64,000 nt of DNA, from assembly GCA_964057225.1 (NCBI GenBank), contig OZ059900.1, positions 13,144,001 through 13,208,000 on the forward strand, given 5' to 3'. A program made the position numbers and the translations under genes. Shown piece after piece: positions 10,475 through 24,900 of the stretch (the stretch's first letter is position 1; the number at the start of each line of letters is the position of its first letter). The stretch is from Auanema rhodensis (taxonomy: Eukaryota > Animalia > Nematoda). A model generated the notes under the pieces. It worked only from the letters and a program-made list of their open reading frames with translations, did no database searches and was not told the DNA's origin.

Positions 10475-13400
10475 TAGATTGAGATACTACCTCTAACTTG
10501 GGTAATTAAACCAAATCTATTCAGGAAACTTATGAACTGTTCTAGCCTATCGCCGTATATGTGATCAGTGTACAAAGCTATACAAAGCTATACAAAGTTT
10601 TATCCTGTCAAACTATAATGTAAAAGACGCGTCATGTTCATGATCAAATTCATATTGCTTAATCATCTATAGTGTCATATAATCATACTAAGACAGACAG
10701 TTTTCAATATTGCACACTCATGGTGTGCTTTCCAAAATGTATTTCCAACTCAGTAGTTCTCTGGTTAGATTGAGATACTACCTCTAACTTGGGTAATTAA
10801 ACCAAATCTATTCAGGAAACTTATGAACTGTTCTAGCCTATCGCCGTATATGTGATCAGTGTACAAAGCTATACAAAGCTATACAAAGTTTTATCCTGTC
10901 AAACTATAATGTAAAAGACGCGTCATGTTCATGATCAAATTCATATTGCTTAATCATCTATAGTGTCATATAATCATACTAAGACAGACAGTTTTCAATA
11001 TTGCACACTCATGGTGTGCTTTCCAAAATGTATTTCCAACTCAGAAGTTCTCTGGTTAGATTGAGATACTACCTCTAACTTGGGTAATTAAACCAAATCT
11101 ATTCAGGAAACTTATGAACTGTTCTAGCCTATCGCCGTATATGTGATCAGTGTACAAAGCTATACAAAGCTATACAAAGTTTTATCCTGTCAAACTATAA
11201 TGTAAAAGACGCGTCATGTTCATGATCAAATTCATATTGCTTAATCATCTATAGTGTCATATAATCATACTAAGACAGACAGTTTTCAATATTGCACACT
11301 CATGGTGTGCTTTCCAAAATGTATTTCCAACTCAGAAGTTCTCTGGTTAGATTGAGATACTACCTCTAACTTGGGTAATTAAACCAAATCTATTCAGGAA
11401 ACTTATGAACTGTTCTAGCCTATCGCCGTATATGTGATCAGTGTACAAAGCTATACGAAGCTATACAAAGTTTTATCCTGTCAAACTATAATGTAAAAGA
11501 CGCGTCATGTTCATGATCAAATTCATATTGCTTAATCATCTATAGTGTCATATAATCATACTAAGACAGACAGTTTTCAATATTGCACACTCATGGTGTG
11601 CTTTCCAAAATGTATTTCCAACTCAGAAGTTCTCTGGTTAGATTGAGATACTACCTCTAACTTGGGTAATTAAACCAAATCTATTCAGGAAACTTATGAA
11701 CTGTTCTAGCCTATCGCCGTATATGTGATCAGTGTACAAAGCTATACGAAGCTATACAAAGTTTTATCCTGTCAAACTATAATGTAAAAGACGCGTCATG
11801 TTCATGATCAAATTCATATTGCTTAATCATCTATAGTGTCATATAATCATACTAAGACAGACAGTTTTCAATATTGCACACTCATGGTGTGCTTTCCAAA
11901 ATGTATTTCCAACTCAGAAGTTCTCTGGTTAGATTGAGATACTACCTCTAACTTGGGTAGATAAACCAAATCTATTCAGGAAACTTATGAACTGTTCTAG
12001 CCTATCGCCGTATATGTGATCAGTGTACAAAGCTATACGAAGCTATACAAAGTTTTATCCTGTCAAACTATAATGTAAAAGACGCGTCATGTTCATGATC
12101 AAATTCATATTGCTTAATCATCTATAGTGTCATATAATCATACTAAGACAGACAGTTTTCAATATTGCACACTCATGGTGTGCTTTCCAAAATGTATTTC
12201 CAACTCAGTAGTTCTCTGGTTAGATTGAGATACTACCTCTAACTTGGGTAATTAAACCAAATCTATTCAGGAAACTTATGAACTGTTCTAGCCTATCGCC
12301 GTATATGTGATCAGTGTACAAAGCTATACGACGCTATACAAAGTTTTATCCTGTCAAACTATAATGTAAAAGACGCGTCATGTTCATGATCAAATTCATA
12401 TTGCTTAATCATCTATAGTGTCATATAATCATACTAAGACAGACAGTTTTCAATATTGCACACTCATGGTGTGCTTTCCAAAATGTATTTCCAACTCAGT
12501 AGTTCTCTGGTTAGATTGAGATACTACCTCTAACTTGGGTAATTAAACCAAATCTATTCAGGAAACTTATGAACTGTTCTAGCCTATCGCCGTATATGTG
12601 ATCAGTGTACAAAGCTATACGAAGCTATACAAAGTTTTATCCTGTCAAACTATAATGTAAAAGACGCGTCATGTTCATGATCAAATTCATATTGCTTAAT
12701 CATCTATAGTGTCATATAATCATACTAAGACAGACAGTTTTCAATATTGCACACTCATGGTGTGCTTTCCAAAAGGTATTTCCAACTCAGTAGTTCTCTG
12801 GTTAGATTGAGATACTACCTCTAACTTGGGTAATTAAACCAAATCTATTCAGGAAACTTATGAACTGTTCTAGCCTATCGCCGTATATGTGATCAGTGTA
12901 CAAAGCTATACGAAGCTATACAAAGTTTTATCCTGTCAAACTATAATGTAAAAGACGCGTCATGTTCATGATCAAATTCATATTGCTTAATCATCTATAG
13001 TGTCATATAATCATACTAAGACAGACAGTTTTCAATATTGCACACTCATGGTGTGCTTTCCAAAATGTATTTCCAACTCAGAAGTTCTCTGGTTAGATTG
13101 AGATACTACCTCTAACTTGGGTAATTAAACCAAATCTATTCAGGAAACTTATGAACTGTTCTAGCCTATCGCCGTATATGTGATCAGTGTACAAAGCTAT
13201 ACAAAGCTATACAAAGTTTTATCCTGTCAAACTATAATGTAAAAGACGCGTCATGTTCATGATCAAATTCATATTGCTTAATCATCTATAGTGTCATATA
13301 ATCATACTAAGACAGACAGTTTTCAATATTGCACACTCATGGTGTGCGTTCCAAAATGTATTTCCAACTCAGAAGTTCTCTGGTTAGATTGAGATACTAC

Positions 13401-15861
13401 CTCTAACTTGGGTAATTAAACCAAATCTATTCAGGAAACTTATGAACTGTTCTAGCCTATCGCCGTATATGTGATCAGTGTACAAAGCTATACGAAGCTA
13501 TACAAAGTTTTATCCTGTCAAACTATAATGTAAAAGACGCGTCATGTTCATGATCAAATTCATATTGCTTAATCATCTATAGTGTCATATAATCATACTA
13601 AGACAGACAGTTTTCAATATTGCACACTCATGGTGTGCTTTCCAAAATGTATTTCCAACTCAGAAGTTCTCTGGTTAGATTGAGATACTACCTCTAACTT
13701 GGGTAATTAAACCAAATCTATTCAGGAAACTTATGAACTGTTCTAGCCTATCGCCGTATATGTGATCAGTGTACAAAGCTATACGAAGCTATACAAAGTT
13801 TTATCCTGTCAAACTATAATGTAAAAGACGCGTCATGTTCATGATCAAATTCATATTGCTTAATCATCTATAGTGTCATATAATCATACTAAGACAGACA
13901 GTTTTCAATATTGCACACTCATGGTGTGCTTTCCAAAATGTATTTCCAACTCAGAAGTTCTCTGGTTAGATTGAGATACTACCTCTAACTTGGGTAGATA
14001 AACCAAATCTATTCAGGAAACTTATGAACTGTTCTAGCCTATCGCCGTATATGTGATCAGTGTACAAAGCTATACGAAGCTATACAAAGTTTTATCCTGT
14101 CAAACTATAATGTAAAAGACGCGTCATGTTCATGATCAAATTCATATTGCTTAATCATCTATAGTGTCATATAATCATACTAAGACAGACAGTTTTCAAT
14201 ATTGCACACTCATGGTGTGCTTTCCAAAATGTATTTCCAACTCAGTAGTTCTCTGGTTAGATTGAGATACTACCTCTAACTTGGGTAATTAAACCAAATC
14301 TATTCAGGAAACTTATGAACTGTTCTAGCCTATCGCCGTATATGTGATCAGTGTACAAAGCTATACGAAGCTATACAAAGTTTTATCCTGTCAAACTATA
14401 ATGTAAAAGACGCGTCATGTTCATGATCAAATTCATATTGCTTAATCATCTATAGTGTCATATAATCATACTAAGACAGACAGTTTTCAATATTGCACAC
14501 TCATGGTGTGCTTTCCAAAATGTATTTCCAACTCAGTAGTTCTCTGGTTAGATTGAGATACTACCTCTAACTTGGGTAATTAAACCAAATCTATTCAGGA
14601 AACTTATGAACTGTTCTAGCCTATCGCCGTATATGTGATCAGTGTACAAAGCTATACGAAGCTATACAAAGTTTTATCCTGTCAAACTATAATGTAAAAG
14701 ACGCGTCATGTTCATGATCAAATTCATATTGCTTAATCATCTATAGTGTCATATAATCATACTAAGACAGACAGTTTTCAATATTGCACACTCATGGTGT
14801 GCTTTCCAAAAGGTATTTCCAACTCAGTAGTTCTCTGGTTAGATTGAGATACTACCTCTAACTTGGGTAATTAAACCAAATCTATTCAGGAAACTTATGA
14901 ACTGTTCTAGCCTATCGCCGTATATGTGATCAGTGTACAAAGCTATACGAAGCTATACAAAGTTTTATCCTGTCAAACTATAATGTAAAAGACGCGTCAT
15001 GTTCATGATCAAATTCATATTGCTTAATCATCTATAGTGTCATATAATCATACTAAGACAGACAGTTTTCAATATTGCACACTCATGGTGTGCTTTCCAA
15101 AATGTATTTCCAACTCAGTAGTTCTCTGGTTAGATTGAGATACTACCTCTAACTTGGGTAATTAAACCAAATCTATTCAGGAAACTTATGAACTGTTCTA
15201 GCCTATCGCCGTATATGTGATCAGTGTACAAAGCTATACGAAGCTATACAAAGTTTTATCCTGTCAAACTATAATGTAAAAGACGCGTCATGTTCATGAT
15301 CAAATTCATATTGCTTAATCATCTATAGTGTCATATAATCATACTAAGACAGACAGTTTTCAATATTGCACACTCATGGTGTGCTTTCCAAAATGTATTT
15401 CCAACTCAGTAGTTCTCTGGTTAGATTGAGATACTACCTCTAACTTGGGTAATTAAACCAAATCTATTCAGGAAACTTATGAACTGTTCTAGCCTATCGC
15501 CGTATATGTGATCAGTGTACAAAGCTATACAAAGCTATACAAAGTTTTATCCTGTCAAACTATAATGTAAAAGACGCGTCATGTTCATGATCAAATTCAT
15601 ATTGCTTAATCATCTATAGTGTCATATAATCATACTAAGACAGACAGTTTTCAATATTGCACACTCATGGTGTGCTTTCCAAAATGTATTTCCAACTCAG
15701 TAGTTCTCTGGTTAGATTGAGATACTACCTCTAACTTGGGTAATTAAACCAAATCTATTCAGGAAACTTATGAACTGTTCTAGCCTATCGCCGTATATGT
15801 GATCAGTGTACAAAGCTATACGAAGCTATACAAAGTTTTATCCTGTCAAACTATAATGTAA
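10474..15861 (+). repeat. Class-B monomer domain (CATGATCAAATTCATATTGCTTAATC), all 291 bp, ~18.5 monomers, containing a 7-mer (2037 bp) tandem duplication
   Basis: GGGTAGATAAA at 11960/13997 and AAAAGGTATT at 12775/14812 are each exactly 2037 bp apart. Confidence 0.9.
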
Positions 15862-15930
15862 TATAACACTATAGATGCCAAAGCAAAACAAATTTGAATA
15901 TGAACATGACGCGTCTTTAACATTATAGTT
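15851..15930. other. Orientation-switch (inversion) junction, tail-to-tail
   Basis: Forward ...CTATAATGTAA ends at 15861 (monomer position ~168). Reverse ATATAACACTATAG... starts at 15861 (monomer position ~225). The overlap is 1 bp and no foreign sequence is inserted. Confidence 0.97.
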
Positions 15931-18900
15931 TGACAGGATAAAACTTTGTATAGCTTTGTATAGCTTTGTATAGCTTTGTACACTGATCACATATACGGCG
16001 ATAGGCTAGAACAGTTCATAAGTTTCCTGAATAGATTTGGTTTAATTACCCAAGTTAGAGGTAGTATCTCTATCTAACCAGAGAACTTCTGAGTTGGAAA
16101 TACATTTTGGAAAGCACACCATGAGTGTGCAATATTGAAAACTGTCTGTCTTAGTATGATTATATGACACTATAGATGATTAAGCAATATGAATTTGATC
16201 ATGAACATGACGCGTCTTTTACATTATAGTTTGACAGGATAAAACTTTGTATAGCTTTGTATAGCTTTGTACACTGATCACATATACGGCGATAGGCTAG
16301 AACAGTTCATAAGTTTCCTGAATAGATTTGGTTTAATTACCCAAGTTAGAGGTAGTATCTCAATCTAACCAGAGAACTTCTGAGTTGGAAATACATTTTG
16401 GAAAGCACACCATGAGTGTGCAATATTGAAAACTGTCTGTCTTAGTATGATTATATGACACTATAGATGATTAAGCAATATGAATTTGATCATGAACATG
16501 ACGCGTCTTTTACATTATAGTTTGACAGGATAAAACTTTGTATAGCTTTGTATAGCTTTGTACACTGATCACATATACGGCGATAGGCTAGAACAGTTCA
16601 TAAGTTTCCTGAATAGATTTGGTTTAATTACCCAAGTTAGAGGTAGTATCTCAATCTAACCAGAGAACTTCTGAGTTGGAAATACATTTTGGAAAGCACA
16701 CCACGAGTGTGCAATATTGAAAACTGTCTGTCTTAGTATGATTATATAACACTACAGATGCTAAAGCAAAATGAATTTGAATATGAACATGACGCGTCTT
16801 TTACATTATAGTTTGACCGGATAAAGCTTTGTATAGCTTTGTATAGCTTTGTACACTGATCACATATACGGCGATAGGCTAGAACAGTTTATAAGTTTCC
16901 TGAATAGATTTGGTTTAATTACCCAAGTTAGAGGTAGTATCTAAATCTAACCAGAGGACTTCTGAGTTGGAAATACATTTTGGAAAGCACACCACGAGTG
17001 TGCAATATTGAAAACTGTCTGTCTTACTATGATTATATAACACTACAGATGCTAAAGCAAAATGAATTTGAATATGAACATGACGCGTCTTTTACATTAT
17101 AGTTTGACCGGATAAAGCTTTGTATAGCTTTGTATAGCTTTGTACACTGATCACATATACGGCAATAGGCTAGAACAGTTCATAAGTTTCCTGAATAGAT
17201 TTGGTTTAATTACCCAAGTTAGAGGTAGTATCTCAATCTAACCAGAGAACTTCTGAGTTGGAAATACATTTTGGAAAGCACACCACGAGTGTGCAATATT
17301 GAAAACTGTCTGTCTTACTATGATTATATAACACTACAGATGCTAAAGCAAAATGAATTTGAATATGAACATGAGGCGTCTTTTACATTATAGTTTGACC
17401 GGATAAAGCTTTGTATAGCTTTGTATAGCTTTGTACACTGATCACATATACGGCGATAGGCTAAAACAGTTCATAAGTTTCCTGAATAGATTTGGTTTAA
17501 TTACCCAAGTTAGAGGTAGTATCTCAATCTAACCAGAGAACTTCTGAGTTGGAAATACATTTTGGAAAGCACACCACGAGTGTGCAATATTGAAAACTGT
17601 CTGTCTTAGTATGATTATATAACACTATAGATGCCAAAGCAAAACAAATTTGAATATGAACATGACGCGTCTTTAACATTATAGTTTGACAGGATAAAAC
17701 TTTGTATAGCTTTGTATAGCTTTGTATAGCTTTGTACACTGATCACATATACGGCGATAGGCTAGAACAGTTCATAAGTTTCCTGAATAGATTTGGTTTA
17801 ATTACCCAAGTTAGAGGTAGTATCTCTATCTAACCAGAGAACTTCTGAGTTGGAAATACATTTTGGAAAGCACACCATGAGTGTGCAATATTGAAAACTG
17901 TCTGTCTTAGTATGATTATATGACACTATAGATGATTAAGCAATATGAATTTGATCATGAACATGACGCGTCTTTTACATTATAGTTTGACAGGATAAAA
18001 CTTTGTATAGCTTTGTATAGCTTTGTACACTGATCACATATACGGCGATAGGCTAAAACAGTTCATAAGTTTCCTGAATAGATTTGGTTTAATTACCCAA
18101 GTTAGAGGTAGTATCTCTATCTAACCAGAGAACTTCTGAGTTGGAAATACATTTTGGAAAGCACACCATGAGTGTGCAATATTGAAAACTGTCTGTTTTA
18201 GTATGATTATATGACACTATAGATGATTAAGCAATATGAATTTGATCATGAACATGACGCGTCTTTTACATTATAGTTTGACAGGATAAAACTTTGTATA
18301 GCTTTGTATAGCTTTGTACACTGATCACATATACGGCGATAGGCTAGAACAGTTCATAAGTTTCCTGAATAGATTTGGTTTAATTACCCAAGTTAGAGGT
18401 AGTATCTCAATCTAACCAGAGAACTTCTGAGTTGGAAATACATTTTGGAAAGCACACCACGAGTGTGCAATATTGAAAACTGTCTGTCTTAGTATGATTA
18501 TATAACACTACAGATGCTAAAGCAAAATGAATTTGAATATGAACATGACGCGTCTTTTACATTATAGTTTGACCGGATAAAGCTTTGTATAGCTTTGTAT
18601 AGCTTTGTACACTGATCACATATACGGCGATAGGCTAGAACAGTTTATAAGTTTCCTGAATAGATTTGGTTTAATTACCCAAGTTAGAGGTAGTATCTCA
18701 ATCTAACCAGAGGACTTCTGAGTTGGAAATACATTTTGGAAAGCACACCACGAGTGTGCAATATTGAAAACTGTCTGTCTTACTATGATTATATAACACT
18801 ACAGATGCTAAAGCAAAATGAATTTGAATATGAACATGACGCGTCTTTTACATTATAGTTTGACCGGATAAAGCTTTGTATAGCTTTGTATAGCTTTGTA

Positions 18901-21900
18901 CACTGATCACATATACGGCAATAGGCTAGAACAGTTCATAAGTTTCCTGAATAGATTTGGTTTAATTACCCAAGTTAGAGGTAGTATCTCAATCTAACCA
19001 GAGAACTTCTGAGTTGGAAATACATTTTGGAAAGCACACCACGACTGTGCAATATTGAAAACTGTCTGTCTTAGTATGAGTATATGACACTATAGATGCC
19101 AAAGCAAAATGAATTTGAATATGAACATGAGGCGTCTTTTACATTATAGTTTGACCGGATAAAGCTTTGTATAGCTTTGTATAGCTTTGTACACTGATCA
19201 CATATACGGCGATATTCTAGAACAGTTTATAAGTTTCCTGAATAGATTTGGTTTATTTACCCAAGTTAGAGGTAGTATCTCAATCTAACCAGAGAACTTC
19301 TGAGTTGGAAATACATTTTGGAAAGCACACCACGAGTGTGCAATATTGAAAACTGTCTGTCTTAGTATGATTATATAACACTATAGATGCTAAAGCAAAA
19401 CAAATTTGAATATGAACATGACGCGTCTTTAACATTATAGTTTGACAGGATAAAACTTTGTATAGCTTTGTATAGCTTTGTATAGCTTTGTACACTGATC
19501 ACATATACGGCAATAGGCTAGAACAGTTCATAAGTTTCCTGAATAGATTTGGTTTAATTACCCAAGTTAGAGGTAGTATCTCAATCTAACCAGAGAACTT
19601 CTGAGTTGGAAATACATTTTGGAAAGCACACCACGAGTGTGCAATATTGAAAACTGTCTGTCTTAGTATGATTATATAACACTATAGATGCCAAAGCAAA
19701 ACAAATTTGAATATGAACATGACGCGTCTTTAACATTATAGTTTGACAGGATAAAACTTTGTATAGCTTTGTATAGCTTTGTATAGCTTTGTACACTGAT
19801 CACATATACGGCGATAGGCTAGAACAGTTCATAAGTTTCCTGAATAGATTTGGTTTAATTACCCAAGTTAGAGGTAGTATCTCTATCTAACCAGAGAACT
19901 TCTGAGTTGGAAATACATTTTGGAAAGCACACCATGAGTGTGCAATATTGAAAACTGTCTGTCTTAGTATGATTATATGACACTATAGATGATTAAGCAA
20001 TATGAATTTGATCATGAACATGACGCGTCTTTTACATTATAGTTTGACAGGATAAAACTTTGTATAGCTTTGTATAGCTTTGTACACTGATCACATATAC
20101 GGCGATAGGCTAGAACAGTTCATAAGTTTCCTGAATAGATTTGGTTTAATTACCCAAGTTAGAGGTAGTATCTCAATCTAACCAGAGAACTTCTGAGTTG
20201 GAAATACATTTTGGAAAGCACACCACGAGTGTGCAATATTGAAAACTGTCTGTCTTAGTATGATTATATAACACTACAGATGCTAAAGCAAAATGAATTT
20301 GAATATGAACATGACGCGTCTTTTACATTATAGTTTGACCGGATAAAGCTTTGTATAGCTTTGTATAGCTTTGTACACTGATCACATATACGGCGATAGG
20401 CTAGAACAGTTTATAAGTTTCCTGAATAGATTTGGTTTAATTACCCAAGTTAGAGGTAGTATCTCAATCTAACCAGAGGACTTCTGAGTTGGAAATACAT
20501 TTTGGAAAGCACACCACGAGTGTGCAATATTGAAAACTGTCTGTCTTACTATGATTATATAACACTACAGATGCTAAAGCAAAATGAATTTGAATATAAA
20601 CATGACGCGTCTTTTACATTATAGTTTGACCGGATAAAGCTTTGTATAGCTTTGTATAGCTTTGTACACTGATCACATATACGGCAATAGGCTAGAACAG
20701 TTCATAAGTTTCCTGAATAGATTTGGTTTAATTACCCAAGTTAGAGGTAGTATCTCAATCTAACCAGAGAACTTCTGAGTTGGAAATACATTTTGGAAAG
20801 CACACCACGAGTGTGCAATATTGAAAACTGTCTGTCTTACTATGATTATATAACACTACAGATGCTAAAGCAAAATGAATTTGAATATGAACATGAGGCG
20901 TCTTTTACATTATAGTTTGACCGGATAAAGCTTTGTATAGCTTTGTATAGCTTTGTACACTGATCACATATACGGCGATAGGCTAGAACAGTTTATAAGT
21001 TTCCTGAATAGATTTGGTTTAATTACCCAAGTTAGAGGTAGTATCTCAATCTAACCAGAGAACTTCTGAGTTGGAAATACATTTTGGAAAGCACACCACG
21101 AGTGTGCAATATTGAAAACTGTCTGTCTTAGTATGATTATATAACACTATAGATGCCAAAGCAAAACAAATTTGAATATGAACATGACGCGTCTTTAACA
21201 TTATAGTTTGACAGGATAAAACTTTGTATAGCTTTGTATAGCTTTGTATAGCTTTGTACACTGATCACATATACGGCGATAGGCTAGAACAGTTCATAAG
21301 TTTCCTGAATAGATTTGGTTTAATTACCCAAGTTAGAGGTAGTATCTCAATCTAACCAGAGGACTTCTGAGTTGGAAATACATTTTGGAAAGCACACCAC
21401 GAGTGTGCAATATTGAAAACTGTCTGTCTTACTATGATTATATAACACTACAGATGCTAAAGCAAAATGAATTTGAATATGAACATGACGCGTCTTTTAC
21501 ATTATAGTTTGACCGGATAAAGCTTTGTATAGCTTTGTATAGCTTTGTACACTGATCACATATACGGCAATAGGCTAGAACAGTTCATAAGTTTCCTGAA
21601 TAGATTTGGTTTAATTACCCAAGTTAGAGGTAGTATCTCAATCTAACCAGAGAACTTCTGAGTTGGAAATACATTTTGGAAAGCACACCACGAGTGTGCA
21701 ATATTGAAAACTGTCTGTCTTACTATGATTATATAACACTACAGATGCTAAAGCAAAATGAATTTGAATATGAACATGAGGCGTCTTTTACATTATAGTT
21801 TGACCGGATAAAGCTTTGTATAGCTTTGTATAGCTTTGTACACTGATCACATATACGGCGATAGGCTAGAACAGTTTATAAGTTTCCTGAATAGATTTGG

Positions 21901-24900
21901 TTTAATTACCCAAGTTAGAGGTAGTATCTCAATCTAACCAGAGAACTTCTGAGTTGGAAATACATTTTGGAAAGCACACCACGAGTGTGCAATATTGAAA
22001 ACTGTCTGTCTTAGTATGATTATATAACACTATAGATGCTAAAGCAAAACAAATTTGAATATGAACATGACGCGTCTTTAACATTATAGTTTGACAGGAT
22101 AAAACTTTGTATAGCTTTGTATAGCTTTGTATAGCTTTGTACACTGATCACATATACGGCAATAGGCTAGAACAGTTCATAAGTTTCCTGAATAGATTTG
22201 GTTTAATTACCCAAGTTAGAGGTAGTATCTCAATCTAACCAGAGAACTTCTGAGTTGGAAATACATTTTGGAAAGCACACCACGAGTGTGCAATATTGAA
22301 AACTGTCTGTCTTAGTATGATTATATAACACTATAGATGCCAAAGCAAAACAAATTTGAATATGAACATGACGCGTCTTTAACATTATAGTTTGACAGGA
22401 TAAAACTTTGTATAGCTTTGTATAGCTTTGTATAGCTTTGTACACTGATCACATATACGGCGATAGGCTAGAACAGTTCATAAGTTTCCTGAATAGATTT
22501 GGTTTAATTACCCAAGTTAGAGGTAGTATCTCTATCTAACCAGAGAACTTCTGAGTTGGAAATACATTTTGGAAAGCACACCATGAGTGTGCAATATTGA
22601 AAACTGTCTGTCTTAGTATGATTATATGACACTATAGATGATTAAGCAATATGAATTTGATCATGAACATGACGCGTCTTTTACATTATAGTTTGACAGG
22701 ATAAAACTTTGTATAGCTTTGTATAGCTTTGTACACTGATCACATATACGGCGATAGGCTAGAACAGTTCATAAGTTTCCTGAATAGATTTGGTTTAATT
22801 ACCCAAGTTAGAGGTAGTATCTCTATCTAACCAGAGAACTTCTGAGTTGGAAATACATTTTGGAAAGCACACCATGAGTGTGCAATATTGAAAACTGTCT
22901 GTCTTAGTATGATTATATGACACTATAGATGATTAAGCAATATGAATTTGATCATGAACATGACGCGTCTTTTACATTATAGTTTGACAGGATAAAACTT
23001 TGTATAGCTTTGTATAGCTTTGTACACTGATCACATATACGGCGATAGGCTAGAACAGTTCATAAGTTTCCTGAATAGATTTGGTTTAATTACCCAAGTT
23101 AGAGGTAGTATCTCTATCTAACCAGAGAACTTCTGAGTTGGAAATACATTTTGGAAAGCACACCATGAGTGTGCAATATTGAAAACTGTCTGTCTTAGTA
23201 TGATTATATGACACTATAGATGATTAAGCAATATGAATTTGATCATGAACATGACGCGTCTTTTACATTATAGTTTGACAGGATAAAACTTTGTATAGCT
23301 TTGTATAGCTTTGTACACTGATCACATATACGGCGATAGGCTAGAACAGTTCATAAGTTTCCTGAATAGATTTGGTTTAATTACCCAAGTTAGAGGTAGT
23401 ATCTCTATCTAACCAGAGAACTTCTGAGTTGGAAATACATTTTGGAAAGCACACCATGAGTGTGCAATATTGAAAACTGTCTGTCTTAGTATGATTATAT
23501 GACACTATAGATGATTAAGCAATATGAATTTGATCATGAACATGACGCGTCTTTTACATTATAGTTTGACAGGATAAAACTTTGTATAGCTTTGTATAGC
23601 TTTGTACACTGATCACATATACGGCGATAGGCTAGAACAGTTCATAAGTTTCCTGAATAGATTTGGTTTAATTACCCAAGTTAGAGGTAGTATCTCTATC
23701 TAACCAGAGAACTTCTGAGTTGGAAATACATTTTGGAAAGCACACCATGAGTGTGCAATATTGAAAACTGTCTGTCTTAGTATGATTATATGACACTATA
23801 GATGATTAAGCAATATGAAATTGATCATGAACATGACGCGTCTTTTACATTATAGTTTGACAGGATAAAACTTTGTATAGCTTTGTATAGCTTTGTACAC
23901 TGATCACATATACGGCGATAGGCTAGAACAGTTCATAAGTTTCCTGAATAGATTTGGTTTAATTACCCAAGTTAGAGGTAGTATCTCTATCTAACCAGAG
24001 AACTTCTGAGTTGGAAATACATTTTGGAAAGCACACCATGAGTGTGCAATATTGAAAACTGTCTGTCTTAGTATGATTATATGACACTATAGATGATTAA
24101 GCAATATGAATTTGATCATGAACATGACGCGTCTTTTACATTATAGTTTGACAGGATAAAACTTTGTATAGCTTTGTATAGCTTTGTACACTGATCACAT
24201 ATACGGCGATAGGCTAGAACAGTTCATAAGTTTCCTGAATAGATTTGGTTTAATTACCCAAGTTAGAGGTAGTATCTCTATCTAACCAGAGAACTTCTGA
24301 GTTGGAAATACATTTTGGAAAGCACACCATGAGTGTGCAATATTGAAAACTGTCTGTCTTAGTATGATTATATGACACTATAGATGATTAAGCAATATGA
24401 ATTTGATCATGAACATGACGCGTCTTTTACATTATAGTTTGACAGGATAAAACTTTGTATAGCTTTGTATAGCTTTGTACACTGATCACATATACGGCGA
24501 TAGGCTAGAACAGTTCATAAGTTTCCTGAATAGATTTGGTTTAATTACCCAAGTTAGAGGTAGTATCTCTATCTAACCAGAGAACTTCTGAGTTGGAAAT
24601 ACATTTTGGAAAGCACACCATGAGTGTGCAATATTGAAAACTGTCTGTCTTAGTATGATTATATGACACTATAGATGATTAAGCAATATGAATTTGATCA
24701 TGAACATGACGCGTCTTTTACATTATAGTTTGACAGGATAAAACTTTGTATAGCTTTGTATAGCTTTGTACACTGATCACATATACGGCGATAGGCTAGA
24801 ACAGTTCATAAGTTTCCTGAATAGATTTGGTTTAATTACCCAAGTTAGAGGTAGTATCTCAATCTAACCAGAGAACTTCTGAGTTGGAAATACATTTTGG

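Larger units (their letters stand above)
1..15861 (+). repeat. Tandem satellite array, 281/291/301-bp monomers, forward orientation (~55 monomers)
   Basis: AACTCAGAAGTTCTCTGG recurs at 1, 292, 573, 854, 1145 (spacings 291, 281, 281, 291) and onward. Monomers differ by only a few SNPs. The only interruption is the 10443-10473 inverted insert. Confidence 0.99.

Noticed and set aside
15861-15861. Inversion as a fold-back (chimeric read) assembly artefact
   Set aside because: A read fold-back would give SNP-identical mirrored arms, but the flanking monomers differ in class, length and SNPs. A mis-join cannot be fully excluded without reads.
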